From the IMG/VR virus record IMGVR_UViG_3300046542_000227, positions 1-64,000 of that record: DNA of 64,000 bases; one strand, written 5' to 3'. Every line of letters begins with the position of its first letter. Position 1 is the first letter of the stretch. The notes under the pieces were generated by a model that saw nothing but the letters and a program-made list of their open reading frames with translations, did not search any database and was not told where the DNA came from. Shown in pieces: positions 30,490 to 40,808 of this stretch. Both the position numbers and the translations under genes were made by a program.

Positions 30490-32985
30490 TCAGGCGATCT
30501 TGACCGTACGGTTGTACACAGTCGGTACCGTAATGTTGGTTGGATCCAGCACTACGACCTCAGCGTTGTTAAACGCACCATGAGTAGAGGAGAAGTGAGA
30601 GATGTAGATGAGCTGTGACACTTGACCCATCTCAATCATCTTCAACAGGAACGGAATCGTGTTCTGGCGATGTTGTTCGTCAAACGTGTTAGCGAACTCA
30701 TCCAGATACAGTGGCCACTCTTCCAAACCTAGGAACTTCATCAGGATCAACTTGAAGCCGAAGTTCACGATGTCACGTTGTGAACTACTGCCCCGAGCGA
30801 TGTCTGGTGCCATTACTGCCCCGTCACGTACTGACAACGGGAAGTAATAGTCAAGCTCATCGTTGTCTACCTTAGAAGGCAGCACTTCCAGCGGATACGT
30901 CCAGATCTCATCGATCACCGCGTTAACCAGCTTCACTACGTTCTGCATGAATCCATTCAGATAACGACCGATCAATCCACCAGTAGGTGACATGGCTTTA
31001 CTGAGCAGACCCAGATCACCGTGCCACTGTTTGGCTTCGTTGTGTTCCCGTTCGATATCCTTAAGGGTGTTCTCACGCATCTCAAAGCGATGCAGGTTAG
31101 TCTGTAGATCCGACAGACGCAAACTGGTGTGCTTGATCTCTTCATCGAAACCTTGCTTAACCAGATCGACGATCTGTGTGTTGACTTGTTGCATGTAGTC
31201 TTGCAGCTCGGACTGGATGGCAGTCAGGTCACGACCATAACGATCAACCTTCTGTACCACATAGCGCAGGCTGTTACCTACCTGCTCAACCCGGATGCGT
31301 TCATCGGCTACATTGTGAATCTTCGTTTCCAAAGCTTCTTGGTGTTTGCGTAGGAAGTCCGCATGTCCTAAGTCAGCCTCAGCATACCGCTTCAAGGTTT
31401 GCTTGATTTGATCTACACGCATCTGCGTGGTCATAAGCTTGATGTAGGTATCTTGCGCCTGTTGCCAACGTATGACGTCAGTTAGATGCTTACGTGGCTC
31501 AGTGAACATCATACGGCGTTGTACGGCCGTTTCCCACACTGGCTTATATTGATCGTACTGCCGAACCAATACACGGAAGCGATTGACGTAGGTCAAGTAG
31601 TCATCGTAATGATCGATGTATTCCTTGAGCTGCTCTTGCTCCGTCTCGATCGCCACGATGGTTTCATGCAGCTCTTTACAACGAGCCTCAGCCAACAACA
31701 CTTCGCTAGGCGATTGCCCCGGTACGAAACTGTGAGTACAATCAGGACACACGACTTCTGCACAACCACGCATCTGCGCCAGTCGTTGGGTGGCTGCGCT
31801 GTGACGATCACCCAGACTTTGCAGACGGGTTTTGTTCTCAGCGAAACGTAGACGCTTCTCCGTACCAGCCTGATGGTTAAAGCGATCGTCTTGGTTGACT
31901 GGGAACTCTTGGATCAAGTTCACCCATGACGACATCATTTCATCCAGCACACCCTTAGAGTGTGGCAAGACTTCGTGATGCACGATTGGCCATTCATTCG
32001 AATAGCCATTCATCCAACCACCCCACAACAGGAGCTGTTCTTCTAACTGGTGTAGTTCCTTTTCCAGATCACGAATCTGTTCTGGTGTACCGAAGTCAGA
32101 CTCTGGGACTTTCTGCCGTTGGATCTCATCGAGTTCCTGCGCCAGCTCTTCCATGACCGACTTGGTCATCTGGGCACGGTGGTCAGCCACTTGGATCTGA
32201 CCTTCTAGATCCGAGCGCGAACGGATGCCGTACAACACAGCTTCATTCGGTTGGGTTTCCAGTTGACGCTTAGCCCGACGACGGATGTCATTGTAGCGAG
32301 CATTGAAGTCAATCACGTTACCACGACCAATCGGTTCGTTACCCCGAGTCCGGTACAGTTGCTGCAGACGTTCGGTCAACGCATGGATCTGTGTGCGATA
32401 ACCATTCATCTCAGCATCGCTAGGCAAGTCGATGTGTTCGTTCGCCATGCGCTTAGCTTTGTGGTTGATTACCCCACGTGCATCCGACAGATGAGACTTC
32501 ACGCTATTGAAACGGCTGAAGGCGTAAGTCAGATCGATCGGCGACATCCGGGTCAGCCACTCACGACGCTTGGCTGTGGTCATCCCGGTAAATGGTGTGA
32601 GACCGATCAGGATCTCGTGGATAGCCCGGTCCATACCGAACTGCTTGAGCACCAGATCTTTCTGGACAGCGAATGTACCACCGGGGTTCATCTCGGTGAC
32701 GCCGTCTTCTATAAAGCTGTGCTTACCTGTGCCGGTGCCACCGTAGGTAGACTTCAGCACGTAGCTGTGGTGGTTGTGTGTGCAGTGGAATTCCTTAACC
32801 CCACCGGCTTCGAATTGATCCTTAGCCGCTGGGCATGGGGTGAGTTCTTCTAACACCGAAGACTTCCCAGAACCGTTACTCCCCAACAACAACAGAATGT
32901 CACGTTCAGGTGTCCATTCAAAATAACGAATGTTCGACAACATTAAACGTTTGTAGTTTACAAGGATCAGTCTCGTGATCTTCAT
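30490..32985 (-). CDS. sbcC: SbcC/Rad50-like SMC ATPase
   Basis: Walker A GSNGSGKSS, central coiled coil with CPDC zinc hook, GSSSQ signature, LYLDE Walker B, FDEQH D-loop. Confidence 0.9.
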   Translation of the reverse strand: MKITRLILVNYKRLMLSNIRYFEWTPERDILLLLGSNGSGKSSVLEELTPCPAAKDQFEAGGVKEFHCTHNHHSYVLKSTYGGTGTGKHSFIEDGVTEMNPGGTFAVQKDLVLKQFGMDRAIHEILIGLTPFTGMTTAKRREWLTRMSPIDLTYAFSRFNSVKSHLSDARGVINHKAKRMANEHIDLPSDAEMNGYRTQIHALTERLQQLYRTRGNEPIGRGNVIDFNARYNDIRRRAKRQLETQPNEAVLYGIRSRSDLEGQIQVADHRAQMTKSVMEELAQELDEIQRQKVPESDFGTPEQIRDLEKELHQLEEQLLLWGGWMNGYSNEWPIVHHEVLPHSKGVLDEMMSSWVNLIQEFPVNQDDRFNHQAGTEKRLRFAENKTRLQSLGDRHSAATQRLAQMRGCAEVVCPDCTHSFVPGQSPSEVLLAEARCKELHETIVAIETEQEQLKEYIDHYDDYLTYVNRFRVLVRQYDQYKPVWETAVQRRMMFTEPRKHLTDVIRWQQAQDTYIKLMTTQMRVDQIKQTLKRYAEADLGHADFLRKHQEALETKIHNVADERIRVEQVGNSLRYVVQKVDRYGRDLTAIQSELQDYMQQVNTQIVDLVKQGFDEEIKHTSLRLSDLQTNLHRFEMRENTLKDIEREHNEAKQWHGDLGLLSKAMSPTGGLIGRYLNGFMQNVVKLVNAVIDEIWTYPLEVLPSKVDNDELDYYFPLSVRDGAVMAPDIARGSSSQRDIVNFGFKLILMKFLGLEEWPLYLDEFANTFDEQHRQNTIPFLLKMIEMGQVSQLIYISHFSSTHGAFNNAEVVVLDPTNITVPTVYNRTVKIA

Positions 32986-33054
32986 GGTCTGGGCGATCCA
33001 GCTTTACTAATGGTTATATACAAGATAACAGCCGCGTATTTTTAAGAGGTTACC

Positions 33055-33864
33055 ATGGAGAGTGTTTTCAAGCTCTACAGCATCGGTTACGTTGCAGAGA
33101 ACAAACCCCGTACTGATCGTTTCGTAAACGTCTTGTCGGTAGAAGACGCTGGCGCCACCGATGGCGAGGTAACCTTCAATCCAGAGAAGACTGTCCTTAA
33201 AGGTCAGGACAAAGATGGTAAGCAGTTCGATGTGAGTGCAACTACTGACACCACGCTGAACTGTGAATGGTTGCCATCTGGGTCTAATCGCTTTACACCA
33301 CCGGACGTAGTCCGAGGTGAACTGGTTGAGATCTTCCGTCTAGGGGATACCGATCAATACTTCTGGCGCTGCATGGGTCTGCGCGATAACCTGCGTACTC
33401 TGGAGACCGTGATCTTCGCCTTCTCTGGTTCTCCTGAAGCCGGTACAGGACCACTGAACCTAGAGCGTTGCTACTTCATCGAGATCTCGACACATGAAGG
33501 TCTGGTAACGTTCTCGACTGCTCAGGCGAATGGTGAGCCCTTTGTCTTCACCACGCAGTACAACACCAAAGAAGGCACCTTCCTTCTAACCGACGACATC
33601 GACAACAGCTTCTTCCTCGACTGTAAAGAACGTTGGTGGAAGATGATCAACGCTGACGGTTCGATGTTCGAGCTGAATAAGAAGAAGATCCTGATCTCTG
33701 CCGATGAAGAGATCCAACTTAAGTGTGGTGGCTCTACGTACATCATGAAACCTCAGGACATCTCCATGAAGTCTACTCGGGTATTCGTCGATGGTGGTGG
33801 CACGACATGGGAACAAGTCGGTGCTGGTCTGAACGTCAGCGGTCCTAAGTACACCTTCGCTTAA
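33055..33864 (+). CDS. Baseplate central spike (phiKZ gp164-like)
   Basis: N-terminal OB-fold-like region, C-terminal short beta-helix repeats; directly followed by PAAR. Confidence 0.75.
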   Translation: MESVFKLYSIGYVAENKPRTDRFVNVLSVEDAGATDGEVTFNPEKTVLKGQDKDGKQFDVSATTDTTLNCEWLPSGSNRFTPPDVVRGELVEIFRLGDTDQYFWRCMGLRDNLRTLETVIFAFSGSPEAGTGPLNLERCYFIEISTHEGLVTFSTAQANGEPFVFTTQYNTKEGTFLLTDDIDNSFFLDCKERWWKMINADGSMFELNKKKILISADEEIQLKCGGSTYIMKPQDISMKSTRVFVDGGGTTWEQVGAGLNVSGPKYTFA

Positions 33865-33876
33865 GGGGTTTTACAG

Positions 33877-34143
33877 ATGCCTAACGTATCGCTCGTAGGA
33901 GAGTCTCAAGCTGGTGGCGTTATCTCTGGACCGGGTTCTGCTAAAATGACCGTGGGTGGTAAGCCAGTGTCTCTGGTGGGGGATGACGTAGCACCTCACG
34001 GCAGTGGTGTGCATCAAGGACCCAAGATGATCGCAGGTTCTGGTAAACTTACCGTCGGTGGTATCCCGGTGGTGATTCAAGGCAGTGCGGCGAGCTGTGG
34101 TCATACGGCCAATGGTAACCCGAAGATGTCTGTAGGTGGTTAA
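33877..34143 (+). CDS. PAAR-domain spike tip protein
   Basis: Repeated GGKPVSLVGD / GGIPVVIQGS, with PHG..VH and CGH metal-binding residues. Confidence 0.85.
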   Translation: MPNVSLVGESQAGGVISGPGSAKMTVGGKPVSLVGDDVAPHGSGVHQGPKMIAGSGKLTVGGIPVVIQGSAASCGHTANGNPKMSVGG

Positions 34144-34182
34144 CGACATAAAGCCCCTCCCCGCTACGGGAGGGGCTTATGC
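34144..34182. terminator. Bidirectional terminator, CATA...TATG family
   Basis: CGACATAAA-GCCCCTCCC-CGCTAC-GGGAGGGGC-TTATGC between convergent genes. Confidence 0.85.
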
Positions 34183-34186
34183 TGCA

Positions 34187-34600
34187 TCAGTGGGTTGGTA
34201 ATGGACATTGCTCGTTAATGCAATAGCGCATGAGATGGTTGATGTCCTCGCGGAGAACTTCATCCTCGCCATACTTCAGCCAGCATGGAGTATTCTTGAG
34301 CACGCGTGCGATGTAAACATCTAAGCGCTCCCCGTCAATCCGATGGATGGGAAGAATATGGCTCCAGACGTAAGGTGCAACGAACACAGAGAACTGCATG
34401 CATCGCACATCACGTGTTAGGTTGAATGCTTCATTAACCTGACTGAGTCGCTCCTTGTCGTCTTCGTGGCACTCTGCGAAACGAGCGTAAAGTGACGACA
34501 GCAGACTCATTCTTCTGAAGTCACTTGGCGTTTTGTTCCACAAAGCGATCCAGCCGCGTTCCAACAGACCGGGGCGCTTCTTCGGGGTTGGTAATAGCAT
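34187..34600 (-). CDS. Hypothetical protein
   Basis: 137-aa ORF downstream of RNase H. Confidence 0.55.
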   Translation of the reverse strand: MLLPTPKKRPGLLERGWIALWNKTPSDFRRMSLLSSLYARFAECHEDDKERLSQVNEAFNLTRDVRCMQFSVFVAPYVWSHILPIHRIDGERLDVYIARVLKNTPCWLKYGEDEVLREDINHLMRYCINEQCPLPTH

Positions 34601-34615
34601 GTTGGTTGCCTATCG

Positions 34616-36094
34616 TCATTTCTTGAGAATGAACTGAGTATAAGGGCAAGTGTAAATCAACACACCCTCACTCGAATCCACCACGGTGGTGAAGGAATAG
34701 CACAGCGGGCCATTGGCAACGACCAGGACCGAGACCTTTGGCTCAGACTCAGCAATACGTGCCAGGGTATTACGAACTGGAATGTCCAGCCCTAGTACCA
34801 ATTTTAGCTTTACGTCAACGCCATTGATTACCGCAGGGACCTCAATGAAAGGCGTGTTATTGGTTATGGCCGCGTGCAGTTTATTTACAGGCTTTTTCTT
34901 GCCTTCCTGATGGACGTAAAAGAGATCAGCAGTGATGTCAATCACCGTAACCCCTTTACCAACGTTGCCGTTGCAGTAGTCGTCCAATTGCTGCTTCAGG
35001 ACGCCAAAGAGTTTCACTGCTTCGTACGCCTGCTTAGGCGGACTTAGTGTCTTACTGATCAGCGTGTCATCTGGCGCTACAGTCGCCTGGATGTTCTTCA
35101 GTTTGGCGAAACCGGCGCTCCCCATTTCCAGGTAACGCTTGCGCATGTTCGGCGTAAGGACATTATCCAGACGTACGATAGCGGGTTGCGAATACTGCGA
35201 AGGGTGTTCCCGCCGGTGGTTATCCATTAACTCTTCCAGGTACGGATCACGCTCCGGGGTCTTGAGGATACAGAACACGGCTTCGGCCAAACGTCTACCC
35301 AAGATCAGATCGGTTTTAGCGATCTTATCCAAGGTGCTGTCGGTTTGCTTATGGCCGTACGAATGAGCACGACCCAGCGAATACATGCAGTAGTAATTGC
35401 CTGCGTCCAGCGGCATGGACCCAGATACGTCGAACAACAGGCGGGTCCGTTGCAATAACGGATTAGCTGCTTCGATCTTGTTCGCTTGGTGGATCTCGGC
35501 GTACGTAACCGACACCTTCTCTGTTCGATATGCTGAACCCAAGAGCGCATTGCCATCGGCGCATTCGTTGCCCCGGTGACCATTATGCCCCTTGATCCAT
35601 TCAATCTCCAGGTTACGTCCTGCAGCCAACCATTCGTCTTTGACGGTGATCAACTGCTCCCAGTATTCCCGGTTTGCAACTGGAGAGCCATCGGCTTTGA
35701 TCCAGTCGTTCTTAATCCATTTAGGTACTGTCTTGAACAGGTTTGCCTGTACGTATTGACTGTCGGTGTAAACCAGCAGTTTCTGGACGTCGGCTTCCTT
35801 GGCGATTTCGAAGGTTTCAATAACAGCTTGCAGCTCAGCGACGTTGTTCGTCACTTTCCGGGCAGGGACAGTTGCGTAAGCATCCACGTAGGCAACAACA
35901 GCGCAGCTCTCGGCGAGCGGCACCTCTTTGTAACCTGTAGGGGTGGGTAGTTGTTTTTCCCCTCGTGCGTGCTCCAATGCGCCTGCGGTGTACACATAGG
36001 CGTGTACACCCCAACCGGCCAGTCCACGACGGAAGCTCCCGTCTGCGTAGGCCACCATGCCTACATTAGTGGGCGTAGTCGATTCAGTGCTCAT
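34616..36094 (-). CDS. rnhA: RNase H (N-terminal) with long C-terminal extension (phiKZ gp155-like)
   Basis: YADGS, TNNVAEL, YTDSQYV, WIKGHNGHRGNECAD. Confidence 0.9.
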   Translation of the reverse strand: MSTESTTPTNVGMVAYADGSFRRGLAGWGVHAYVYTAGALEHARGEKQLPTPTGYKEVPLAESCAVVAYVDAYATVPARKVTNNVAELQAVIETFEIAKEADVQKLLVYTDSQYVQANLFKTVPKWIKNDWIKADGSPVANREYWEQLITVKDEWLAAGRNLEIEWIKGHNGHRGNECADGNALLGSAYRTEKVSVTYAEIHQANKIEAANPLLQRTRLLFDVSGSMPLDAGNYYCMYSLGRAHSYGHKQTDSTLDKIAKTDLILGRRLAEAVFCILKTPERDPYLEELMDNHRREHPSQYSQPAIVRLDNVLTPNMRKRYLEMGSAGFAKLKNIQATVAPDDTLISKTLSPPKQAYEAVKLFGVLKQQLDDYCNGNVGKGVTVIDITADLFYVHQEGKKKPVNKLHAAITNNTPFIEVPAVINGVDVKLKLVLGLDIPVRNTLARIAESEPKVSVLVVANGPLCYSFTTVVDSSEGVLIYTCPYTQFILKK

Positions 36095-36147
36095 CTCACG
36101 GCATCCTTAAATTCAAAATATCTACACAATTTTGGGGATGCGTAGAT

Positions 36148-36552
36148 CTATCCCTTACATCCGGAAAGATGAGTCCGGTGAGCCTTATCCAAAACAGAGC
36201 GCTCATTCTTTAGCACGGCGCGTAGTTTTTTGATATAGCTGGCGATGGCCTCTTCCAACTTGGTTTCACCCAAGGCGGAGAAATCAGGCTGCACAGGTAC
36301 GGCTTCGCGTGTGGGGATCACAAATGGAGAGCATCCAGTTTGAACAGGAACCTGTTCTTTTTTTACTTCGGTGTGATGATGACGAAGAATCCGAAGTGGC
36401 TGCGGTGTGTCCTTTTCCACAGTTGTAGACGTAGTCTGGGTAGACTGAGTTTCTGTGGTGTATTGGTAGACAGTGAATTGTCTAGCATCAACCACCACAC
36501 ACCCCGGTAAGGCACCGAGGCAGAGGCCAATGGCCAACTTGGCAAGGCGCAT
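36148..36552 (-). CDS. Lipoprotein, o-spanin-like
   Basis: MRLAKLAIGLCLGALPGC signal with lipobox-like LPGC; Thr/Pro linker; Cys and a helical C-terminus. Confidence 0.55.
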   Translation of the reverse strand: MRLAKLAIGLCLGALPGCVVVDARQFTVYQYTTETQSTQTTSTTVEKDTPQPLRILRHHHTEVKKEQVPVQTGCSPFVIPTREAVPVQPDFSALGETKLEEAIASYIKKLRAVLKNERSVLDKAHRTHLSGCKG

Positions 36553-36555
36553 TTG

Positions 36556-36849
36556 TTATTCCTTCAGGAGATCATTTAAGCGACTGGTTTCGAATGGCGA
36601 TGTACAGGTAACAGCCACGTTCGCCGGATCGACCTTTCTTGCTGCTTGCTCTTTTAGTTCCGACACCCGCATCGTTGAGATAGCCAGCGCCCACACCAGT
36701 AACAGGATGAGACCCAGCATACCCGTGAAGTGTTTATTCTCACGGATCACTTCAATGACAGTACGGTCCTTGAAAATTGCAGACCTGAGATAAGGCCACA
36801 AGAGGCGAAGTGCTTTGAAGAGTAATCGACCTAGATTTAAGTACGACAT
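36556..36849 (-). CDS. Small inner-membrane protein (i-spanin- or holin-like), start MSYLN at 36849
   Basis: TM FTGMLGLILLLVWALAIST plus short periplasmic coil with Cys; GAGG RBS. Confidence 0.5.
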   Translation of the reverse strand: MSYLNLGRLLFKALRLLWPYLRSAIFKDRTVIEVIRENKHFTGMLGLILLLVWALAISTMRVSELKEQAARKVDPANVAVTCTSPFETSRLNDLLKE

Positions 36850-37056
36850 TATTGCCTCTTTGTTGTTAAGCCTGAGACAATACCTACCGTCGACCTCACA
36901 CAAAAGCCTTCACGATTAGGGTAGATATCCCATTGTTGTGTTTAGTTCATTGGCGTTCTTTTCAATTATAATAGTGCTCCATGCATGTTGTCAAATAAAA
37001 TGTGGTTGATTTTATAGATGGAACCACTCTACACCACAGTTGAGGTATCACCTTAC

Positions 37057-38361
37057 ATGTACATCTTAAAGGGTTTTTTCACCCACGACAGTTTGAAGCT
37101 GAATCAGCTGAACAAAGTGGCGCTGTTTGGTGAACTCTCCGAAAACAGCAAGAGCTACGCCAAAGACAAACTGGAGTACAGCAACGGTACGCAAACTTCG
37201 TTGGTTGTCTTCCATACCTTTAAGGACTCCGTGCGTATCGAAGTCCCGGTAACAGTCGGTAACAACGCACTGGCTATCGGTAGCTGGATCCTCGCCCGTG
37301 CTCTGGCAGGCCAGATCGGTGCTGACGCTTTCACTCTGCGTCAACAGCTGAACGCTGAATTCGCCACCAAGTCGACCGGCTTCCAGACGGGTGCTGTGTT
37401 GTTGGACGTGGGCGGCATGCGTATGCCGGAGTGGATCTCCTACACCGACATCACCACCGCTGAGCCTACCACTGTTACAGTGTGGCTCTCCGACGAATCC
37501 TTCGCCAACCAATACGACGAGTTCAGCATTGAAGTTGTGGCACCGATTCTGCCATTGAACGACTTCTTCAAAGACCCGCTGGTGGTTAAGCAGAAACTCG
37601 CCGCTTATGACCTCGTCACCAAAACCGACGAAGTCCAGGCCAAGCGTGGTGAATATCCTTTCACCATGATCAAGACCTTCCGCTACGACTACAACAATCC
37701 AGCGAACCTGTCCGACAAAACACCGTCGTACTGGACCGTGATCATCTACGGCCAAGCGGGTAACAACCCTGACTTGATCCGTGAAGCGATCGTTAAGGAA
37801 GTGTTGGCGAACTCGACACACACGCAAACCGAGTGGGCAGTGATCTTGCCTGATCTGTTTCGTACCACCGAGTTCATCTTCACTCCGTTCTGGACTTCTT
37901 ACTCGATCCCCAACCATGAGTTCCAAGCGGGTATCTACAGCCCTACCGTAGACCCTCGTGAACGTAACGCACTGATCAAGCGTACTGCGCGTGGCTCTGG
38001 CTACACCGCCGTATACGTCGACAACCGTTACGAACTCACCGCCAACATCTATAAGTCGTTGGCCATGGCTGTGCTGGGTAACCCGGACAACCGTGATGGT
38101 GTGACACAGTTCTCGGACAAATGGCCGCAGTACATGATCGCCACCAACAACACCCCTGACTTCAACCGCATGGATCCAGACACCGCTGAATTCAGCAACT
38201 TGCTGAGCCGTCTGATCGTTGCTGCTGAAACCATGACCATGTTCACTTCGGTGCCTGTGGGTCTGTCGCGTATTCTGCGCGATGGCATCGTGTATGCCTC
38301 GGGTTACTACAAGAACATCAACTACCTCGTGGTTGCGAAACCTACGGTAGAATCCCTGTAA
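37057..38361 (+). CDS. Conserved phiKZ-like virion structural protein (start MYILK)
   Basis: GAGG RBS before 37057; strong codon bias; family recalled. Confidence 0.6.
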   Translation: MYILKGFFTHDSLKLNQLNKVALFGELSENSKSYAKDKLEYSNGTQTSLVVFHTFKDSVRIEVPVTVGNNALAIGSWILARALAGQIGADAFTLRQQLNAEFATKSTGFQTGAVLLDVGGMRMPEWISYTDITTAEPTTVTVWLSDESFANQYDEFSIEVVAPILPLNDFFKDPLVVKQKLAAYDLVTKTDEVQAKRGEYPFTMIKTFRYDYNNPANLSDKTPSYWTVIIYGQAGNNPDLIREAIVKEVLANSTHTQTEWAVILPDLFRTTEFIFTPFWTSYSIPNHEFQAGIYSPTVDPRERNALIKRTARGSGYTAVYVDNRYELTANIYKSLAMAVLGNPDNRDGVTQFSDKWPQYMIATNNTPDFNRMDPDTAEFSNLLSRLIVAAETMTMFTSVPVGLSRILRDGIVYASGYYKNINYLVVAKPTVESL

Positions 38362-38396
38362 CGGCATAACTGGGGAGGGCGACCTCCCCTTTTATG
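38362..38396 (+). terminator. Intrinsic terminator, CATA...TATG family
   Basis: CGGCATAAC-TGGGAGG-GCGA-CCTCCC-CTTTTATGTT. Confidence 0.75.
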
Positions 38397-38410
38397 TTTG
38401 CGAGGCGCTT

Positions 38411-40114
38411 ATGTTAGACATTGATATTCCGCTGGCGTCCAACACCAAGACGGCCAACACGTACACGCTTCTGTTTAATCGGATCGCTACACTGCATCCG
38501 ACGCTTGGGGTAACCCAAGCCACGCACTTCGTTAAGACCATCAAACAAATGCCAACGCGTTATCGGCCATGGCAATCGATTGCTATTATAGGCAAGCGCG
38601 ACGATCCGAATTGGGAACAACAATTTCGTTATGACCGCTATCCAATCTCCCGCTACATCAGTAACCCTGTGTTTACCGACGCTGAGTTGCCCGTGGTGGC
38701 GGAACTGGATGAGCTTGGTATGTTGGCGTACCTGACCAACAAGTTCAACATGGGTATCAACCAACGTGACTTCGCTGTGCGTCCGGCTGGGATTCAATAC
38801 ACCGGTGGACGTGTGCGTCCTAACTGGCGTCTGTTCAGTTTGCCCGAATCCCCATTCTGGTATAACGACCAAGTGCTGTGGCTGCACAAACCCGGTGAGC
38901 CTGAAGACCCGACTGTTCCAGAGATCCCTACTGGACTGACGGTCTTTACTGAATGGTTGCCTCCATTCACCAACCCACATGCTAACCTGATTGCGGACGA
39001 AACCAAGACCTATACCGAGTTCTACTTTAAGGCTAACGGTTTATTCGCTAGTCCGAAGACCGTGCTCGATGCCTTTATCTCCGGCGGCTTTCTGGTGAAC
39101 CGTGCTGGGTCTGCTGCTATCGCCCCACATGTGCCGGTGAGTACCGGTACAGGTATTGCCTCCAACGTCCCGGTTGATTACACCAACGATGCTGTGTTGT
39201 CCCAGTATGACTTGGTGAACCAAGGGGATATCAATGGTACCGTTGCCATTACCACTGACGTGTTCAAGCTCCGTGAAGGCTTCTATGTAGCATGGAGTAC
39301 TTGGAACGATGCCACGCCAATCGCAGGTCCTGCTGACTTCGAAAGTGCTGTGCCACGCACTGCAGACTTCTTCGGTTCATTGCCGGTTATTGTGAGCCGG
39401 TTGCCTTACGCCATGGAGGCGGGCTTCCGTCCTGCTGCTGATGTACCGGGTGGGAGCAAGTGGGTAGACAACATGGGCTTGCCTGGTGCAATCACCTGTA
39501 AGTTTACCACTGAACAACCTAACCTCGTTTTCACTGGCCCGATAGCTGGCTTTACCGGGATCGTTAAACGCGGTAACTATGGTAAGCGGGTTTCGGATCT
39601 GAAGCTTGAAGATATCCGTTGTGGCGTGATCTACCGTAACGGTAAAGGTCAGGTGGTGATCAATGGTAATGTCGTCCTAGAACGCACAGCAGCTTTCGGC
39701 AGTGACCTGTATCTGGAAGCAGCGTTTGAGTTCACCACTCGGGGTAGTGATGGGGCCTCCTATATCGGCGTGTCTGGTATGCAGGCGGCTTTGGCTGCTG
39801 GTAAGATCAGTGCTCCCTTTAAAGGCATCCGGGCTAAGTGTACGACGGCTGATATCCACATGGGTGGGGCTAGCACGTACAAGGCTATTAAGGCGGGTGC
39901 TTTCGTTACCAGAACTCGTACCAGTAGTAGTGCGGCTACTGATGTAGCTGATGCTACCCAAAACCTCACTTACGACTTCTCGTTAGGCGACAGTGTGTTC
40001 TACTCCGTCAGTGATTGCACTTGTACGTCGACCCAATACGGCGTGCGGTCATCGATCGAGTCGTATGAGAAGTACGATAATGAACTCTTGGTCACTCGTG
40101 TAATTACACCGTGA
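38411..40114 (+). CDS. Virion protein: family N-terminal anchor domain plus variable beta-rich C-terminus
   Basis: N-terminal FRYDRYPI...YLTNKFNMGINQRDF...SPFWY resembles 11197..11745; Pro linker KPGEPEDPTVPEIP. Confidence 0.5.
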   Translation: MLDIDIPLASNTKTANTYTLLFNRIATLHPTLGVTQATHFVKTIKQMPTRYRPWQSIAIIGKRDDPNWEQQFRYDRYPISRYISNPVFTDAELPVVAELDELGMLAYLTNKFNMGINQRDFAVRPAGIQYTGGRVRPNWRLFSLPESPFWYNDQVLWLHKPGEPEDPTVPEIPTGLTVFTEWLPPFTNPHANLIADETKTYTEFYFKANGLFASPKTVLDAFISGGFLVNRAGSAAIAPHVPVSTGTGIASNVPVDYTNDAVLSQYDLVNQGDINGTVAITTDVFKLREGFYVAWSTWNDATPIAGPADFESAVPRTADFFGSLPVIVSRLPYAMEAGFRPAADVPGGSKWVDNMGLPGAITCKFTTEQPNLVFTGPIAGFTGIVKRGNYGKRVSDLKLEDIRCGVIYRNGKGQVVINGNVVLERTAAFGSDLYLEAAFEFTTRGSDGASYIGVSGMQAALAAGKISAPFKGIRAKCTTADIHMGGASTYKAIKAGAFVTRTRTSSSAATDVADATQNLTYDFSLGDSVFYSVSDCTCTSTQYGVRSSIESYEKYDNELLVTRVITP

Positions 40115-40154
40115 TTCGTTATTCTTTGATAATACACCCCGAAGGACTTCCCAT

Positions 40155-40769
40155 ATGTCACTGAACGTGCCACCGATGGGTACTCGTGGGCTGTATAGTC
40201 TGAAAGCACCGTTCTCTACGGTTGCTAACCAACTGTACACCTGCACGGCTATCCGTTTCTTCAAGGACATCCAGAACCAAGGCACGGATGTCTTTGCCAA
40301 GTACTACGAACCGAAAGGTCTGAGCCAAGCGGACTACACTCGCGATCTGGCGGCTAACGTCGCCATCGTGTCGTTGACCAGTGAGACCCAGGCTCCGATC
40401 TATATCCCCAGCTCCTACATCTTAAGCTTCCCGGGACTGACCAGCTTTAACTACCAGCAAGTCGTGCTTAGCGCGACACTGGGGGCGCTGCCAGATACCT
40501 TGGACTTGACCTTCCTGAAAACCCAGGTGGCTACGACCATCGCTGCGGTACTCGGGTTCGTCCCAACGATCTATGAGAACGTTGCAGCTTCGACTGGGGT
40601 GATCACACCAGAGCAACACGATGCGCTCGAAGCAGCGCGTCAGGCAGGGGTGACTAACCAAACCACCGACTATGCCCGGTACATTGAGGAACGTGATAAG
40701 CGCATTGTCCTCGAACAAAAACTGGCGGCCTTGGAACAACTGATGATCAGTAAGGGCGTCTTGAACTAA
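40155..40769 (+). CDS. Conserved phiKZ-like virion protein
   Basis: PP.GT.G.YSL..PF N-terminus; C-terminal coiled coil; precedes the internal head genes. Confidence 0.55.
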   Translation: MSLNVPPMGTRGLYSLKAPFSTVANQLYTCTAIRFFKDIQNQGTDVFAKYYEPKGLSQADYTRDLAANVAIVSLTSETQAPIYIPSSYILSFPGLTSFNYQQVVLSATLGALPDTLDLTFLKTQVATTIAAVLGFVPTIYENVAASTGVITPEQHDALEAARQAGVTNQTTDYARYIEERDKRIVLEQKLAALEQLMISKGVLN

Positions 40770-40808
40770 CCAACCATATGTAGTTACCTTCTGCAACTGG
40801 AGTATCCC

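Noticed and set aside
30490-32985. SMC-like ATPase as a Wadjet or other defence system
   Set aside because: It has a Rad50-type CxxC hook and no jet or partner genes nearby. SbcC is a core gene of phiKZ-like phages.
36904-37017. Possible ncRNA or sigma70 promoter in the AT-rich gap
   Set aside because: A TATAAT is present but no -35 at 17 nt and no stable structure. It is most simply a divergent promoter region.
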